From positions 1 through 64,000 of the forward strand of contig SIRU01000058.1 in NCBI GenBank assembly GCA_004366385.1: DNA of 64,000 nt. The letters run 5' to 3'. A model generated the notes under the pieces. It was not told where the DNA came from. It did no database searches and saw nothing but the letters and a program-made list of their open reading frames with translations. Position numbers and translations under genes: made by a program. The stretch is from Actinomycetota bacterium (lineage in GTDB: Bacteria; Actinomycetota; Thermoleophilia; Gaiellales; Gaiellaceae). This document shows positions 16,766 through 26,347 of the stretch, one piece after another (the first letter of the stretch is position 1; the number at the start of each line of letters is the position of its first letter).

Positions 16766-17656
16766 CTACGTCTCGAGCGGGGGGAGCTCCATGCCGCCGA
16801 CGAGCACGACCTCGCGCTCCAGCGTGACGCCGAACCGCTCACGCGCGCGCCGCCGCGCCTCGACCATGAGCGCGAGGCAGTCCTCGCTCGTCGCCCCGTC
16901 CGCGTTCTCGATGAAGTTCGCGTGCTTCGGCGAGATCATCGCGCCGCCGCTGCGGTGGCCCTTGAGCCCGCACTCCTCGAGCATCCTCCCCGCCCCCAGC
17001 TCGCCCGGCGGGTTCTTGAAGACGCTTCCGAAGGTGCGCTTGTTCGTCGGCTGCGTGGCCTTCCTCTGCGCGATGAGCTCGGCCACTGTCGCCTTGATCG
17101 CCTCCGGCGAGCTCGCCTGGAGGCGGTACTCGACCCGAGCCACGACCTGCCCCGGCGCCAGCCCCGAGTGGCGGTACGAGAGCCCGAGCTCGCCCGCGTC
17201 GAGCCAGCCCGCGCCGTCCGCGGTGACGACGAGCGCGCGGGTGAGAATCTGCTGCCAGTCGCGCCCGTACGCGCCCGCGTTCATCTTCACGCCGCCGCCG
17301 GCAGTCCCGGGGATCGCGCACGCGAACTCGAAGCCGCCGAGGCCCGCAGCGCGGGCGCGGTGCAGGCAGACGGCGTTCGTCGCGCCGCCGCCCGCGCGCA
17401 GCGTCTCGCCCTCGATCTCCACTTCCGCGAGCTCGCCTTCGAGCTTGAGCACGAGCGCGTCGACGCCCTCGTCTGCGGCGAGCAGGTTCGAGCCGAGCCC
17501 GACGACGACGGCCTCGAGCCCCTCACCGGCGGCGTAGCGTAGGGCGTCCGCGAGCTCCTTCTCGGTGGCCGGGCGGGCGAACGCGCGCGCCGGCCCGCCG
17601 GTGCCGATCGTCGTCAGCCGCGAGAGCGGAAAGCCGTGCTCGATCGCCACCGTCAC
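16766..17656 (-). CDS. murB: UDP-N-acetylenolpyruvoylglucosamine reductase
   Basis: 296 aa from GTG17656, which forms a GTGA overlap with the murC stop. LSRLTTIGTGGPA, GTAGGGVKMNAGAYG, FKNPPG motifs. Confidence 0.93.
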   Translation of the reverse strand: MTVAIEHGFPLSRLTTIGTGGPARAFARPATEKELADALRYAAGEGLEAVVVGLGSNLLAADEGVDALVLKLEGELAEVEIEGETLRAGGGATNAVCLHRARAAGLGGFEFACAIPGTAGGGVKMNAGAYGRDWQQILTRALVVTADGAGWLDAGELGLSYRHSGLAPGQVVARVEYRLQASSPEAIKATVAELIAQRKATQPTNKRTFGSVFKNPPGELGAGRMLEECGLKGHRSGGAMISPKHANFIENADGATSEDCLALMVEARRRARERFGVTLEREVVLVGGMELPPLET

Positions 17657-18834
17657 TCGGGCAGCCCCTCGGCGATCGCGCGGGCGACGCGCCACGGCTC
17701 ACCCACGCCCAGCGTGACGACAACGTCGCCCGGCCGCGCCCAGGCGAGCGCGAGCCGCGCCGCGTCGTCGAGGGTCGGCGTCCACCCGCGGCGGACGCCC
17801 CGCGGGACGCTGTCGAGGACGAGCCTGCCGCCGACGCCGGGGCGCGGGGCGTCGCGGCCGTCGACGATCTCCGTCACGATTGCCGCGTCCGCGATCCCGA
17901 GCGCCTCGCCGAGCTCCCGGTGGAGATGTCGCGTGCGCTCGTGGACGTGCGGCAGGTAGACGGCGACGAGGCTTCGCTGCGTCCGCTCGCGCGCCGTCCG
18001 GAGAGCGGCTGCGATCTCGGTCGGGTTGTGGCCGTAGTCGTCGTACACAGCGACGCCGCCGCGCTCCCCGACGAGCTGGAAGCGGCGGTCGACGCCTGCG
18101 AACGACCCGAGCGCGCGCTCGGCGCCCGCGCGCGCGACCCCGGCGAGCTCGAGCGCGGCGAGCGCCGCGGCGGCGTTCCAGCGGTTGTGCTCGCCGGGAA
18201 CGGCGAGCTCGAACGAGACGGGCTCGAGCTCCCAGCCGCGGACGACCTGCGGCACGCCTGCCGTCCACTCGTCGAAGAACGCGCGCAGCTCGGCGTCCGA
18301 GCCGAAGGTCGCGTGATGGTCGAGCTCGACGTTCGTGACCACGGCGATCTCGGGCCGGAGGAGCGCGATCGAGCGGTCGGACTCGTCGCCCTCGACCACG
18401 AGCCAGCCCGAGCCGGTTCCCGCGTTGCCCCCGAGCTGCGGGACGACGCCGCCGACGATCCAGGCCGGGTCGTGGCCGAGCTCGCGAAGCGCGAACGCGG
18501 CCATCGCAGCCGTCGTCGTCTTGCCGTGCGCGCCGCCGACCACGATCGCGCGCCGCAGGGACACGAGCTCGGCCAGGAGCTCGGCACGCGGCCGGCCCTG
18601 GACGCGGCCGGCGTGGGCCGTCGAGACGACGACCTCGAAGCCCGGCGGCGGCTGCGGCTCGCCGCCGACGTCGATCTCGATCCCCTCGAGCGTCTCCATG
18701 AAGATCGTCTCGCGCACGTCCCAGCCGCGCGCCTCGGCCCCCCAGCCGCGGACGACATTCGCGTACGCCGAGAGGCCGGCGCCGCCGATGCCGACGAAGT
18801 AGAAGCGCCGGCCCGCCAGCGGCTGGTCGCTCAC
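17653..18834 (-). CDS. murC: UDP-N-acetylmuramate--L-alanine ligase
   Basis: 393 aa from GTG18834, which forms a GTGA overlap with the thrB stop. FVGIGGAGLSAYA and GAHGKTTT P-loop. Confidence 0.93.
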   Translation of the reverse strand: MSDQPLAGRRFYFVGIGGAGLSAYANVVRGWGAEARGWDVRETIFMETLEGIEIDVGGEPQPPPGFEVVVSTAHAGRVQGRPRAELLAELVSLRRAIVVGGAHGKTTTAAMAAFALRELGHDPAWIVGGVVPQLGGNAGTGSGWLVVEGDESDRSIALLRPEIAVVTNVELDHHATFGSDAELRAFFDEWTAGVPQVVRGWELEPVSFELAVPGEHNRWNAAAALAALELAGVARAGAERALGSFAGVDRRFQLVGERGGVAVYDDYGHNPTEIAAALRTARERTQRSLVAVYLPHVHERTRHLHRELGEALGIADAAIVTEIVDGRDAPRPGVGGRLVLDSVPRGVRRGWTPTLDDAARLALAWARPGDVVVTLGVGEPWRVARAIAEGLPE

Positions 18835-19646
18835 GCGTGCGCTCCTCGCGGCGAGACGGCGAGGGGGAGGACGCGGTGGTCGGGGTAGCGCGCGGCGAGG
18901 GCCGCTGAGCAGGTGCTCGCGTCCTCGGCCCACACGACGACGGCCGGGCCGGAGCCCGAGAGCGTCGCTCCGCGCGCGCCGGCGGGCAGCGACTCCCGCA
19001 GCTCTCGCACGAGCGCGCTCCCGCGGTACGGCTCGTGGACGCGGTCGTCGAGCGCCGCCGCGAAGAGGTCGGCATCGCCGGCGACCGCGGCGGCGCCGAG
19101 CAGCGCGGCACGCGCGAGCGAGAACGCGGCGTCGCCGTGGGAGATCTCGGCAGGGAGCGCGTCCCGGGCCGCGTCGGTGGAGACGCGCGCGGGCGGGATC
19201 ACGGCGACCGGCTCGAGCGGAAGGGTGTCCGCGACGCGTGCGATCCGCCCGTCCCACGCGAGCGTCACGCCTCCGGCGAGCGCGGCCGCGAGGTTGTCCG
19301 CGTGCGGCTCCAGCGTGAGCCCGAGCGCGAGCAGCTCCTCGTCCGGCGCCTCGGGCGCGGCGGCACGGAGCCCGAGCGCGATCGCGGCGGCGCTCGAGCC
19401 GAGGCCGCTCTCGAGCGGGATGCGGTTCACGAAACGGAAGCGCTTGCCGGCCGGGTCGGCGAGGAGCGCGTACGCGCGCACGGCGAGGTTCGTCGCGTCC
19501 TCGGGCAGCTCGCCCGCGCCCTCGCCCTCGACGGCGACACCCTCGCCCTCGCTCACCTCCACCTCGTTCCAGAGGTCGAGCGCGACACCCGCGCAGTCGA
19601 AGCCCGGCCCGAGGTTCGCGGAGGTCGCCGGCGCGCGGGCGATCAC
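18831..19646 (-). CDS. thrB: homoserine kinase
   Basis: 271 aa from GTG19646, which forms a GTGA overlap with the thrC stop. APATSANLGPGFD and GHMP motif PLESGLGSSAAA. Confidence 0.92.
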   Translation of the reverse strand: MIARAPATSANLGPGFDCAGVALDLWNEVEVSEGEGVAVEGEGAGELPEDATNLAVRAYALLADPAGKRFRFVNRIPLESGLGSSAAAIALGLRAAAPEAPDEELLALGLTLEPHADNLAAALAGGVTLAWDGRIARVADTLPLEPVAVIPPARVSTDAARDALPAEISHGDAAFSLARAALLGAAAVAGDADLFAAALDDRVHEPYRGSALVRELRESLPAGARGATLSGSGPAVVVWAEDASTCSAALAARYPDHRVLPLAVSPRGAHA

Positions 19647-20605
19647 CGCGCGGCCTCGGCGATCGCGTCCGGGTCGGGATCGACCGTGCCGACGGGCGGC
19701 GCGTGCCGGTCGGCGGCGACGACGTCCTTCAGCCCGTGGCCGGTCAGCGTGACGACGACGCGCCCGACGGCGGCGCCGCGCGCCACGGCGGCGAGCCCGG
19801 CGGCCGACGACGGCTCGCAGAAGACGCCTTCGAGCTCGGCCAGCGAGCGCCACGCGGCGACGATCTCCTCGTCGCTGACGGTCACGACACGGGCCCCGGA
19901 GGACGCGACCTTCGGCGCGTGCACCGGCTCGGCGATGCGGATCGCGGACGCGAGCGTGCGAGCGCGGTCGGCGGCCTCGACCGAGACGATCGGGGTGTCG
20001 AGCCCTAGCTCGGCGAGCGCCGCGGCGTACGCGGTCGTGTTGCCGCCCCCGCCGTACGGGATCGCGAACGCGTCCGGCGCACCGCCGAGCTCCTCCACGA
20101 TCTCGTGCACCGCGGTCTTCTGCCCGGCGACGCGGTACGGGTTGAGCGAGTTGACGAGGACGTGCGTCCCGCGCTCCGCGAGCACGCGGGCCGCGCCGAG
20201 CGCCTCGTCGAAGCTCCCACGCACCTCGAGCACGCGCGCGCCGAGCATCCGCGTCTGCGCGAGCTTCGCGGCCGCGACCGCGCCCTCCGGCACCAGCACG
20301 ACCGCCCGCAGCCCGGCCCGCGCCGCGTAGGCGGCGGCGGACGCAGCGGTGTTCCCGGTCGACGCGCAGATGACCGCCTCCGCGCCCTCCTCGACCGCCT
20401 TCGACACCGCCACCGTCATCCCGCGGTCCTTGTAGCTCCCCGTCGGGTTCGCGCCCTCCCACTTCAGCCACAGCTCGACGCCGTGGCGCTCGGACAGCCT
20501 CGGCGCCGGGAGTAACGGCGTCGAGCCCTCGCCGAGCGAGACGACGGGTGTCGCGTCGCCCACCGGCAGCAGCGACCGGTACCGCTCGATCAGCGCGAGG
20601 CTCAC
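19643..20605 (-). CDS. thrC: threonine synthase
   Basis: 320 aa. PLP-lysine motif NPTGSYKDRG. GTG20605 overlaps the hom stop (GTGA). Confidence 0.93.
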   Translation of the reverse strand: MSLALIERYRSLLPVGDATPVVSLGEGSTPLLPAPRLSERHGVELWLKWEGANPTGSYKDRGMTVAVSKAVEEGAEAVICASTGNTAASAAAYAARAGLRAVVLVPEGAVAAAKLAQTRMLGARVLEVRGSFDEALGAARVLAERGTHVLVNSLNPYRVAGQKTAVHEIVEELGGAPDAFAIPYGGGGNTTAYAAALAELGLDTPIVSVEAADRARTLASAIRIAEPVHAPKVASSGARVVTVSDEEIVAAWRSLAELEGVFCEPSSAAGLAAVARGAAVGRVVVTLTGHGLKDVVAADRHAPPVGTVDPDPDAIAEAAR

Positions 20606-21912
20606 GTCCAGCCGAGCTCCTCGACGCCGCGTGAGGAGACGACCGGCAACGCGCTCGCGTCGCCGCGGGACTCGGGGAGCGCGCGGATTGCCCGCAGCGC
20701 CGCCTCCACGCGCCCGGCCGGCGCCTCGTGCGTCACCACGTGGAGCACGGCGTGGCCGTCACCCGGCTGCTGCACGAGCCTCGCCACGGAGACGCCTTCG
20801 CTCGCGAGCTCCTGGGCGAGCCGCGCGAGCACGCCGGCGCGGTCCTCGACCTCGAGCCGGAGGTAGTACGGCGACGGCAGCTCGCCGTGCGGGAGCGCGC
20901 CGAGCGAGCGCCAGACGGGGTCGTCGCGGAGAAAGCCCGCCTCCGACGCGCCGAGCACCGACACGAGGTCGGCCACGATCGCCGACGCCGTCTCCGTCCC
21001 GCCCGCGCCCGGCCCTTCGAGCGTGAGCTCGCGGATCGCGTCGCCCTGGAGCATGACCGCGTTGAACGCGCCCTCGATCGACGCGAGCGGATGATGGGCG
21101 TCCACGAAGGCCGGCCCGACCCGCACGCCGACCCTCTCCCCAACGAGCACCGCCTCGCCGACGAGCTTCACGCGCATCTCGAGCGCGCGCGCGGCGGCCA
21201 CGTGCTCGTCGCGCAGTGCGTCGATCCCGGCGACCTCGACGCCTTCGAGCGCGACGCGAGACCCGAACGCGACCGTCGCGAGGATCGCCATCTTCGCTGC
21301 CGCGTCGAGCCCCGAGACATCCTCGGTTGGATCGGCCTCCGCGTACCCGAGCCGCTGCGCCTCCGCAAGCGCGTCCGCGTACGTGCTTCCTGCCTCCATC
21401 TCGCCGAGGACGAAGTTCGTCGTCCCGTTCACGATCCCGAGCACGCGGTGGACGTTCGTGACCACCAGCGACTCGCGCAGCAGCTTGATCACGGGGATGG
21501 CAGCGCAGACGGAGGCCTCGAAGCGGAGCTGCGCGCCGCCCTCGGCCGCGGCCTCGAAGAGCTCGGGGCCGTGGCGGGCGACGAGCTGCTTGTTCGCGGT
21601 CACGACCGGGATGCCGCGACGCAGGAGCTCGGCGACGTACTCGCCCGTCGGCTCCACGCCGCCCATGACCTCGGCGACGAGCGCCACTCCTCCGTCGTCG
21701 ACGATGCGGCGGAAGTCGCCGGTGAGAACGCCGTGCGCCGGCGCGTGCTCGCGTTCTCTCCCCGGGTCGCGGACGAGCGCGCGGACGACGCGCAGCCGAT
21801 GGCCGGTGGCGCGCGCGATGTCCTCGGCGCCGTCCTCGAGCAGCCGGTGCACCGCGGATCCCACCGTGCCGTAGCCGAGGAGCGCGACCGGGACGTCGAC
21901 CGGCGCGCTCAC
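20602..21912 (-). CDS. hom: homoserine dehydrogenase (with C-terminal ACT domain)
   Basis: 436 aa from GTG21912, which forms a GTGA overlap with the murG stop. LLGYGTVG NAD motif, VVTANKQL, GIVNGTTNF. ACT-like tail YYLRLEVEDRAGVLA. Confidence 0.93.
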   Translation of the reverse strand: MSAPVDVPVALLGYGTVGSAVHRLLEDGAEDIARATGHRLRVVRALVRDPGREREHAPAHGVLTGDFRRIVDDGGVALVAEVMGGVEPTGEYVAELLRRGIPVVTANKQLVARHGPELFEAAAEGGAQLRFEASVCAAIPVIKLLRESLVVTNVHRVLGIVNGTTNFVLGEMEAGSTYADALAEAQRLGYAEADPTEDVSGLDAAAKMAILATVAFGSRVALEGVEVAGIDALRDEHVAAARALEMRVKLVGEAVLVGERVGVRVGPAFVDAHHPLASIEGAFNAVMLQGDAIRELTLEGPGAGGTETASAIVADLVSVLGASEAGFLRDDPVWRSLGALPHGELPSPYYLRLEVEDRAGVLARLAQELASEGVSVARLVQQPGDGHAVLHVVTHEAPAGRVEAALRAIRALPESRGDASALPVVSSRGVEELGWT

Positions 21913-22982
21913 CCGCGGCCTGCCAGCGCGAGCAGCTCGTCGGCGATCTCGTCCGCGGCCTCCGGCTTCGCGAGCGCGCGCATCGCCTCGCCCATCCCGC
22001 GCAGGCGCTCCGGGTCGGCGAGCAGCTCGTCGACGAGAGCGGGGACGCGCTCCAGCTCCTCCTGCCGCATAGTGACCGCGCCACCCCCGTCGGCGAAGTA
22101 GCGCGCGTTCAGCGCCTGGTGGTCGGCGGTCGCGTACGGGTACGGGACGAGGATCGCGGGCGTCCCGGTGGCGGCGAGCTCCCAGACCGTGCCGCCGGCG
22201 CGCGAGATGGCGAGATCGGTGGCGGCGAGCGCGTCGCCGAAGCTCTCCGCGACCGCGACGAGGACGTAGTCGGGCCTGGTCACGCGCGGGCGAAGCTCGG
22301 TGAAGTCCCGCTCGCCGGCAATGTGGAGGACCGTCGGCCCGCTCTCGCCCCACGTGTCGACCGCGAAGCGGTTGAGGGCCTGCGCTCCCGCGAGGCCGCC
22401 GAAGACGCCGACCACCGGCCCCTCCGCGGGCAGCCCGAGGCGCGCTCGGGCTTCCTCCCGGTCGCCGCCGAGATGCGCCTGCGGCACCGGCCGCCCGACG
22501 ACGCGGTACTTCGCGCCGTCCCGCCCGGGGATGCCGTACGCGAGGAAGACGCGGCGCGCGAAGGGCGCGGCGAGGCGGTTCGCGAGCCCGAGGTGCGCGT
22601 CCGCCTCCGTCAGCGCGGCCGGGATCCCGCGCAGCCGGGCCGCGAGCACCATCGGGCCGGCGACGTAGCCGCCGCCGCCGAGGACGACGTCCGGCCGCCG
22701 CCGCGAGAGGATCCGCGCGCACGCGAACGGCGCGCGCACCGCTCGCGCGAGCGCACGCACGAGCGCCACCCCCGGCCGGCGCGGGAAGCCCGAGATCGGG
22801 AACGTGTCCAGCTCGTAGCCGGCCTCAGGTACCAGCTGCGACTCGACGCGATCTGGCGACCCGGCCCACGTCACGCTGACTCCGCGCTCGCGCAGCGCCT
22901 CCGCGACTGCGAGCGCCGGCCGCACGTGCCCGGCCGTTCCCCCGGCGGCGATCAGGCACGCGAGCTTCGACGACCCGTTCAT
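21909..22982 (-). CDS. murG: UDP-N-acetylglucosamine--lipid I GlcNAc transferase
   Basis: 357 aa. N-terminal G-loop AAGGTAGHVRPALA. GT28 C-terminal half. Confidence 0.93.
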   Translation of the reverse strand: MNGSSKLACLIAAGGTAGHVRPALAVAEALRERGVSVTWAGSPDRVESQLVPEAGYELDTFPISGFPRRPGVALVRALARAVRAPFACARILSRRRPDVVLGGGGYVAGPMVLAARLRGIPAALTEADAHLGLANRLAAPFARRVFLAYGIPGRDGAKYRVVGRPVPQAHLGGDREEARARLGLPAEGPVVGVFGGLAGAQALNRFAVDTWGESGPTVLHIAGERDFTELRPRVTRPDYVLVAVAESFGDALAATDLAISRAGGTVWELAATGTPAILVPYPYATADHQALNARYFADGGGAVTMRQEELERVPALVDELLADPERLRGMGEAMRALAKPEAADEIADELLALAGRG

Positions 22983-24063
22983 TGACGGCGATGTTAAGGA
23001 GAATCCCCACGCCCGCGAGCAGGACGACGAGGCTCGACCCGCCGTAGGAGACGAACGGCAGCGGGATCCCGGTCAACGGCGCGAGCCCGAGCACGGCCGC
23101 GAGGTTGATCGCCGCCTGGCCGCACACGAGCGCCGTGACCCCGGCCGCGAGCAGCTTCCCGAACGGGTCCTTGCAGCGGAGCGCGATCCGGAAGCCGACG
23201 ACCGTGAACGCCGCGAACGCGCCGATGACGAGCACGGAGCCGACGAAGCCGAGCTCCTCCCCGACGACCGCGAAGATCATGTCGTTGTGCGCCTCGGGGA
23301 GGTAGAGCACCTTCTGGACGCTCTCCCCCAGCCCCTCGCCGGTGATCCCGCCCGACCCGATCCCGATCAGCGCCTGCACGATCTGGAAGCCGGAGTCCTC
23401 CGCGTCGCTCCACGGGTCGAGGAAGCTGAACACGCGCTCGCGCCGGTACGGCTCGACCCAGATCGCAAGCAGCCCGACCCCCACGGCGAGCAGCGACGCG
23501 CCGGCGAGCGGGAGGAACGGGACGCCCGCGACCAGGAAGATCGCGAGCATCGTCCCGCAGAGCGTGACCGTCGTCCCCAGGTCGGGCTCGAGCAGGATGA
23601 GCGCGCAGAAGATCGCGGTGAGGATGCCCAGCGGGCGCGCGAGCTCGCCGAGCGTCCGCGGCGGGCGGCGGCGCGCGAGCCAGACGGCCGCGAAGAGGCA
23701 GAGCGAGAGCTTGGCGAGCTCGGACGGCTGAAAGCTGGCGGGACCGAGGATGAACCAGCGGCGCGCCCCGTTGATCTCGGGTCCGACGACGAGCACCGCG
23801 GCGCAGAGGGCGAGCGAGCCGAGCAGGAGCGGTGCGGCCAGGTAGCGGAGGCGGTGGTAGTCGAAGCGCGCGACGAGCAGCATGAGGGCGACGCCGAGGA
23901 GCGCGTACACGCTCTGGCGCTTGAGGTAGCTCATCGGGTCGCCGTTCCCGAGCGCGGCGGACGCCGACGTCGCGCTGTACACCATCACGAGGCCGAACGC
24001 CACCAGCGCGAGCGTGACGAAGGCGAGGACCCGCTGGTCGACGCGGCCGTCGGCGGCTCTCAT
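22825..24063 (-). CDS. ftsW: SEDS-family peptidoglycan polymerase/lipid II flippase FtsW
   Basis: 412 aa. Polytopic. PEAHNDMIF and PLPFVSYGGSS motifs. ATG24063 overlaps the murD stop (ATGA). The first in-frame stop is at 22825, so a 52-aa Arg-rich tail overlaps murG by 158 nt. Confidence 0.9.
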   Translation of the reverse strand: MRAADGRVDQRVLAFVTLALVAFGLVMVYSATSASAALGNGDPMSYLKRQSVYALLGVALMLLVARFDYHRLRYLAAPLLLGSLALCAAVLVVGPEINGARRWFILGPASFQPSELAKLSLCLFAAVWLARRRPPRTLGELARPLGILTAIFCALILLEPDLGTTVTLCGTMLAIFLVAGVPFLPLAGASLLAVGVGLLAIWVEPYRRERVFSFLDPWSDAEDSGFQIVQALIGIGSGGITGEGLGESVQKVLYLPEAHNDMIFAVVGEELGFVGSVLVIGAFAAFTVVGFRIALRCKDPFGKLLAAGVTALVCGQAAINLAAVLGLAPLTGIPLPFVSYGGSSLVVLLAGVGILLNIAVNERVVEARVPDRRRGNGRARAAGARSRGGAARARSQRDVGRVARSRRVAAGT

Positions 24064-25334
24064 GCGAGCGCCTCCACGAGGCGGCGGAACTCGTCCCCGC
24101 GGTCCTCGAAGTCGCGGAACTGGTCGAAGGACGCGCACGCGGGCGAGAGCAGGACGACGTCGCCGGGGCCGGCAGCAGCATGGGCGGCGCCCAGCGCGGT
24201 CTCGAGGTCGCCGCCGTGGGTGAAGGGGACGTCCGCTCGGTCGAGCGCGGCCGCGATCTCCGGCGCGGCGCGGCCGATCAGATACGCGCGGTCGCCGGGC
24301 TCGAAGGCGGCGGCGAGCGGGTTGTAGCTCTCGTTCTTCCCGAGCCCGCCGAGGACGACGTGCAGCCGCGCCGGGCGCAGGGCGGCGAGCGCGCGGAGGG
24401 CGGCGGCCACGTTCGTCGCCTTCGAGTCGTTCACGTAGCGGACGCCGTGGAGCTCGCGCACGGGCTCGACGCGATGCGGGACACCTGGGAACGTGCGCAG
24501 CGCCTCCGCGATCGCGTCGTCTCGGAGGCCCGCCGCCCGGGCCGCCGCGGTAGCGGCCGCCGCGTTCTCCCGGTTGTGCTCGCCCGGGATCAGCGGCTCG
24601 GCGGGCAGTGGGTCGTCGCCGGAGAACTCGACGCGCGCGGCGCCGCCCGGGATCGCGCCGAAGCCGCGCGGGACGATCGCGACGTCGTCCTCGGTCTGCT
24701 GCTCGAAGAGCCGGAGCTTCGTGTCCGCATACCACTCGAACGTCGGGTAGAGGTCGAGGTGGTCCGGCGCGAGATTGAGGAGGACGGCGATGCGCGGCCG
24801 GAACGTGTCCACGTCGTCGAGCTGCTGGACGCCGACCTCGCACACGACCCAGGCGTCGTCGGCGACCGTGCCTGCGAGGGACGTGACCGCGCGGCCGATG
24901 TTCCCGGCGACCTCCGCCGGCACGCGCGCGGCCCGGAACATCTCCCCGAGAAGCGCGGTCGTCGTCGTCTTCCCGTTCGACCCGGTGATCCCGACGAACG
25001 GGTTCGGGAGGAGCCGCGCGCCGAGCTCGAGCTCGCTCCAGACCGGGATCGCGCGCGCGTTCGCGGCCGCGACCAGCGGCGTCGAGCCAGGCACGCCCGG
25101 GCTCTTCACGACGAGATCAGTCCCCTGTAGCAGCACGTCCAGCGCGTCCTCCTCGCCTCCGAGGCGGACTTCGACGCCGAGGTCGCGGAGCCTCCCCGCG
25201 TCGAGCTCCTCGTTCACGTCGAACGCGACGACACGCGCGCCGCGCGCGACGAGCGCTTCGGACGCCGCGAGCCCGGAGCGCGCGAGCCCGATCACGAGCA
25301 CACGCCGGCCCGAGAGCTCCGGCCCGCCGGTCAT
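24060..25334 (-). CDS. murD: UDP-N-acetylmuramoylalanine--D-glutamate ligase
   Basis: 424 aa from ATG25334, which forms an ATGA overlap with the mraY stop. GITGSNGKTTTT P-loop. Confidence 0.93.
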   Translation of the reverse strand: MTGGPELSGRRVLVIGLARSGLAASEALVARGARVVAFDVNEELDAGRLRDLGVEVRLGGEEDALDVLLQGTDLVVKSPGVPGSTPLVAAANARAIPVWSELELGARLLPNPFVGITGSNGKTTTTALLGEMFRAARVPAEVAGNIGRAVTSLAGTVADDAWVVCEVGVQQLDDVDTFRPRIAVLLNLAPDHLDLYPTFEWYADTKLRLFEQQTEDDVAIVPRGFGAIPGGAARVEFSGDDPLPAEPLIPGEHNRENAAAATAAARAAGLRDDAIAEALRTFPGVPHRVEPVRELHGVRYVNDSKATNVAAALRALAALRPARLHVVLGGLGKNESYNPLAAAFEPGDRAYLIGRAAPEIAAALDRADVPFTHGGDLETALGAAHAAAGPGDVVLLSPACASFDQFRDFEDRGDEFRRLVEALA

Positions 25335-26347
25335 GGCCCGATGATCTGGAGGAAGTCGCGGTAGAAGAGCGCGAAGCCGGACGCGCACAGGATCGCGCAG
25401 ACGATCCAGAAGCGGACCATGATCTTCGTCTCCGACCACGCCTTCATCTCGAAGTGGTGGTGGATCGGGGCCATGAGGAACACGCGCTTCCCCGTCCGCT
25501 TGAAGCCGACGACCTGGATGATCAGCGAGAGCACCTCGATCACGAAGATGCCGCCGATCAGGAGCAGCAGGAGCTCGGTGCGCGTCACGATCGCGAAGCC
25601 GGCGATCGCGCCCCCGAGCGCCATCGAGCCGGTGTCGCCCATGAAGACCTCCGCGGGGTGGGCGTTGTACCAGAGGAACCCGATCGTGCCTCCGATGAGC
25701 GCCGCAGCCAGCGTCGTGAGGTCGAGGTAGACGTCGCTGCGCTCTCCCGGCGCCCCCGAGCGGAGCCAGGCGATCCCCGCGATCGCGAGGAACGTCAGCA
25801 GCATGATCGTGGCCGTTCCGGCCGCGAGGCCGTCGATCCCGTCCGTCAGGTTCGCGCCGTTCACCGTGCCGGCGATGACGAGGAAGAGGAAGGGGTAGAA
25901 GAGGTAGCCGAGGTCGATGTTCCAGCCGGCGAGCGGCACGTAGATCTCGGTCGAGAACGTGCTGGTCTGGTGCAGGAGGATCGCCGCGCCGACGGTGACG
26001 GCAGCGAGGAGGAGCATCTTCCAGCGCCCGGGGAGCCCGAGCGACCGGCCCTGGCGGAGCTTGAGGTAGTCGTCCGTGAACCCGATCGCGGCGCAGCCGA
26101 GCACGATGAAGAGGACGGTGAGCCCCTCGGCGGTGTACTGCGAGAGCACGAGGAAGGGGAGCGCCGAGCAGGTGACGATCAGCAGCCCGCCCATCGTGGG
26201 CGTTCCCTGCTTCACGACGTGCGCGGCCGGGCCCTCGGCGCGGATCTGCTGCCCGAGGTTGCGCGCGCGGAGCGTCTCGATGAACCTCGGCCCGAGGACG
26301 ACGCCGGCGATCATCGCCAGCAGGCCGGCGATCAGGACTGGGACCAT
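25331..26347 (-). CDS. mraY: phospho-N-acetylmuramoyl-pentapeptide transferase
   Basis: 338 aa. Polytopic. GTPTMGG, DDYLKL and NLTDGIDGLA motifs. 16-nt overlap with the murF 3' end. Confidence 0.95.
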   Translation of the reverse strand: MVPVLIAGLLAMIAGVVLGPRFIETLRARNLGQQIRAEGPAAHVVKQGTPTMGGLLIVTCSALPFLVLSQYTAEGLTVLFIVLGCAAIGFTDDYLKLRQGRSLGLPGRWKMLLLAAVTVGAAILLHQTSTFSTEIYVPLAGWNIDLGYLFYPFLFLVIAGTVNGANLTDGIDGLAAGTATIMLLTFLAIAGIAWLRSGAPGERSDVYLDLTTLAAALIGGTIGFLWYNAHPAEVFMGDTGSMALGGAIAGFAIVTRTELLLLLIGGIFVIEVLSLIIQVVGFKRTGKRVFLMAPIHHHFEMKAWSETKIMVRFWIVCAILCASGFALFYRDFLQIIGP

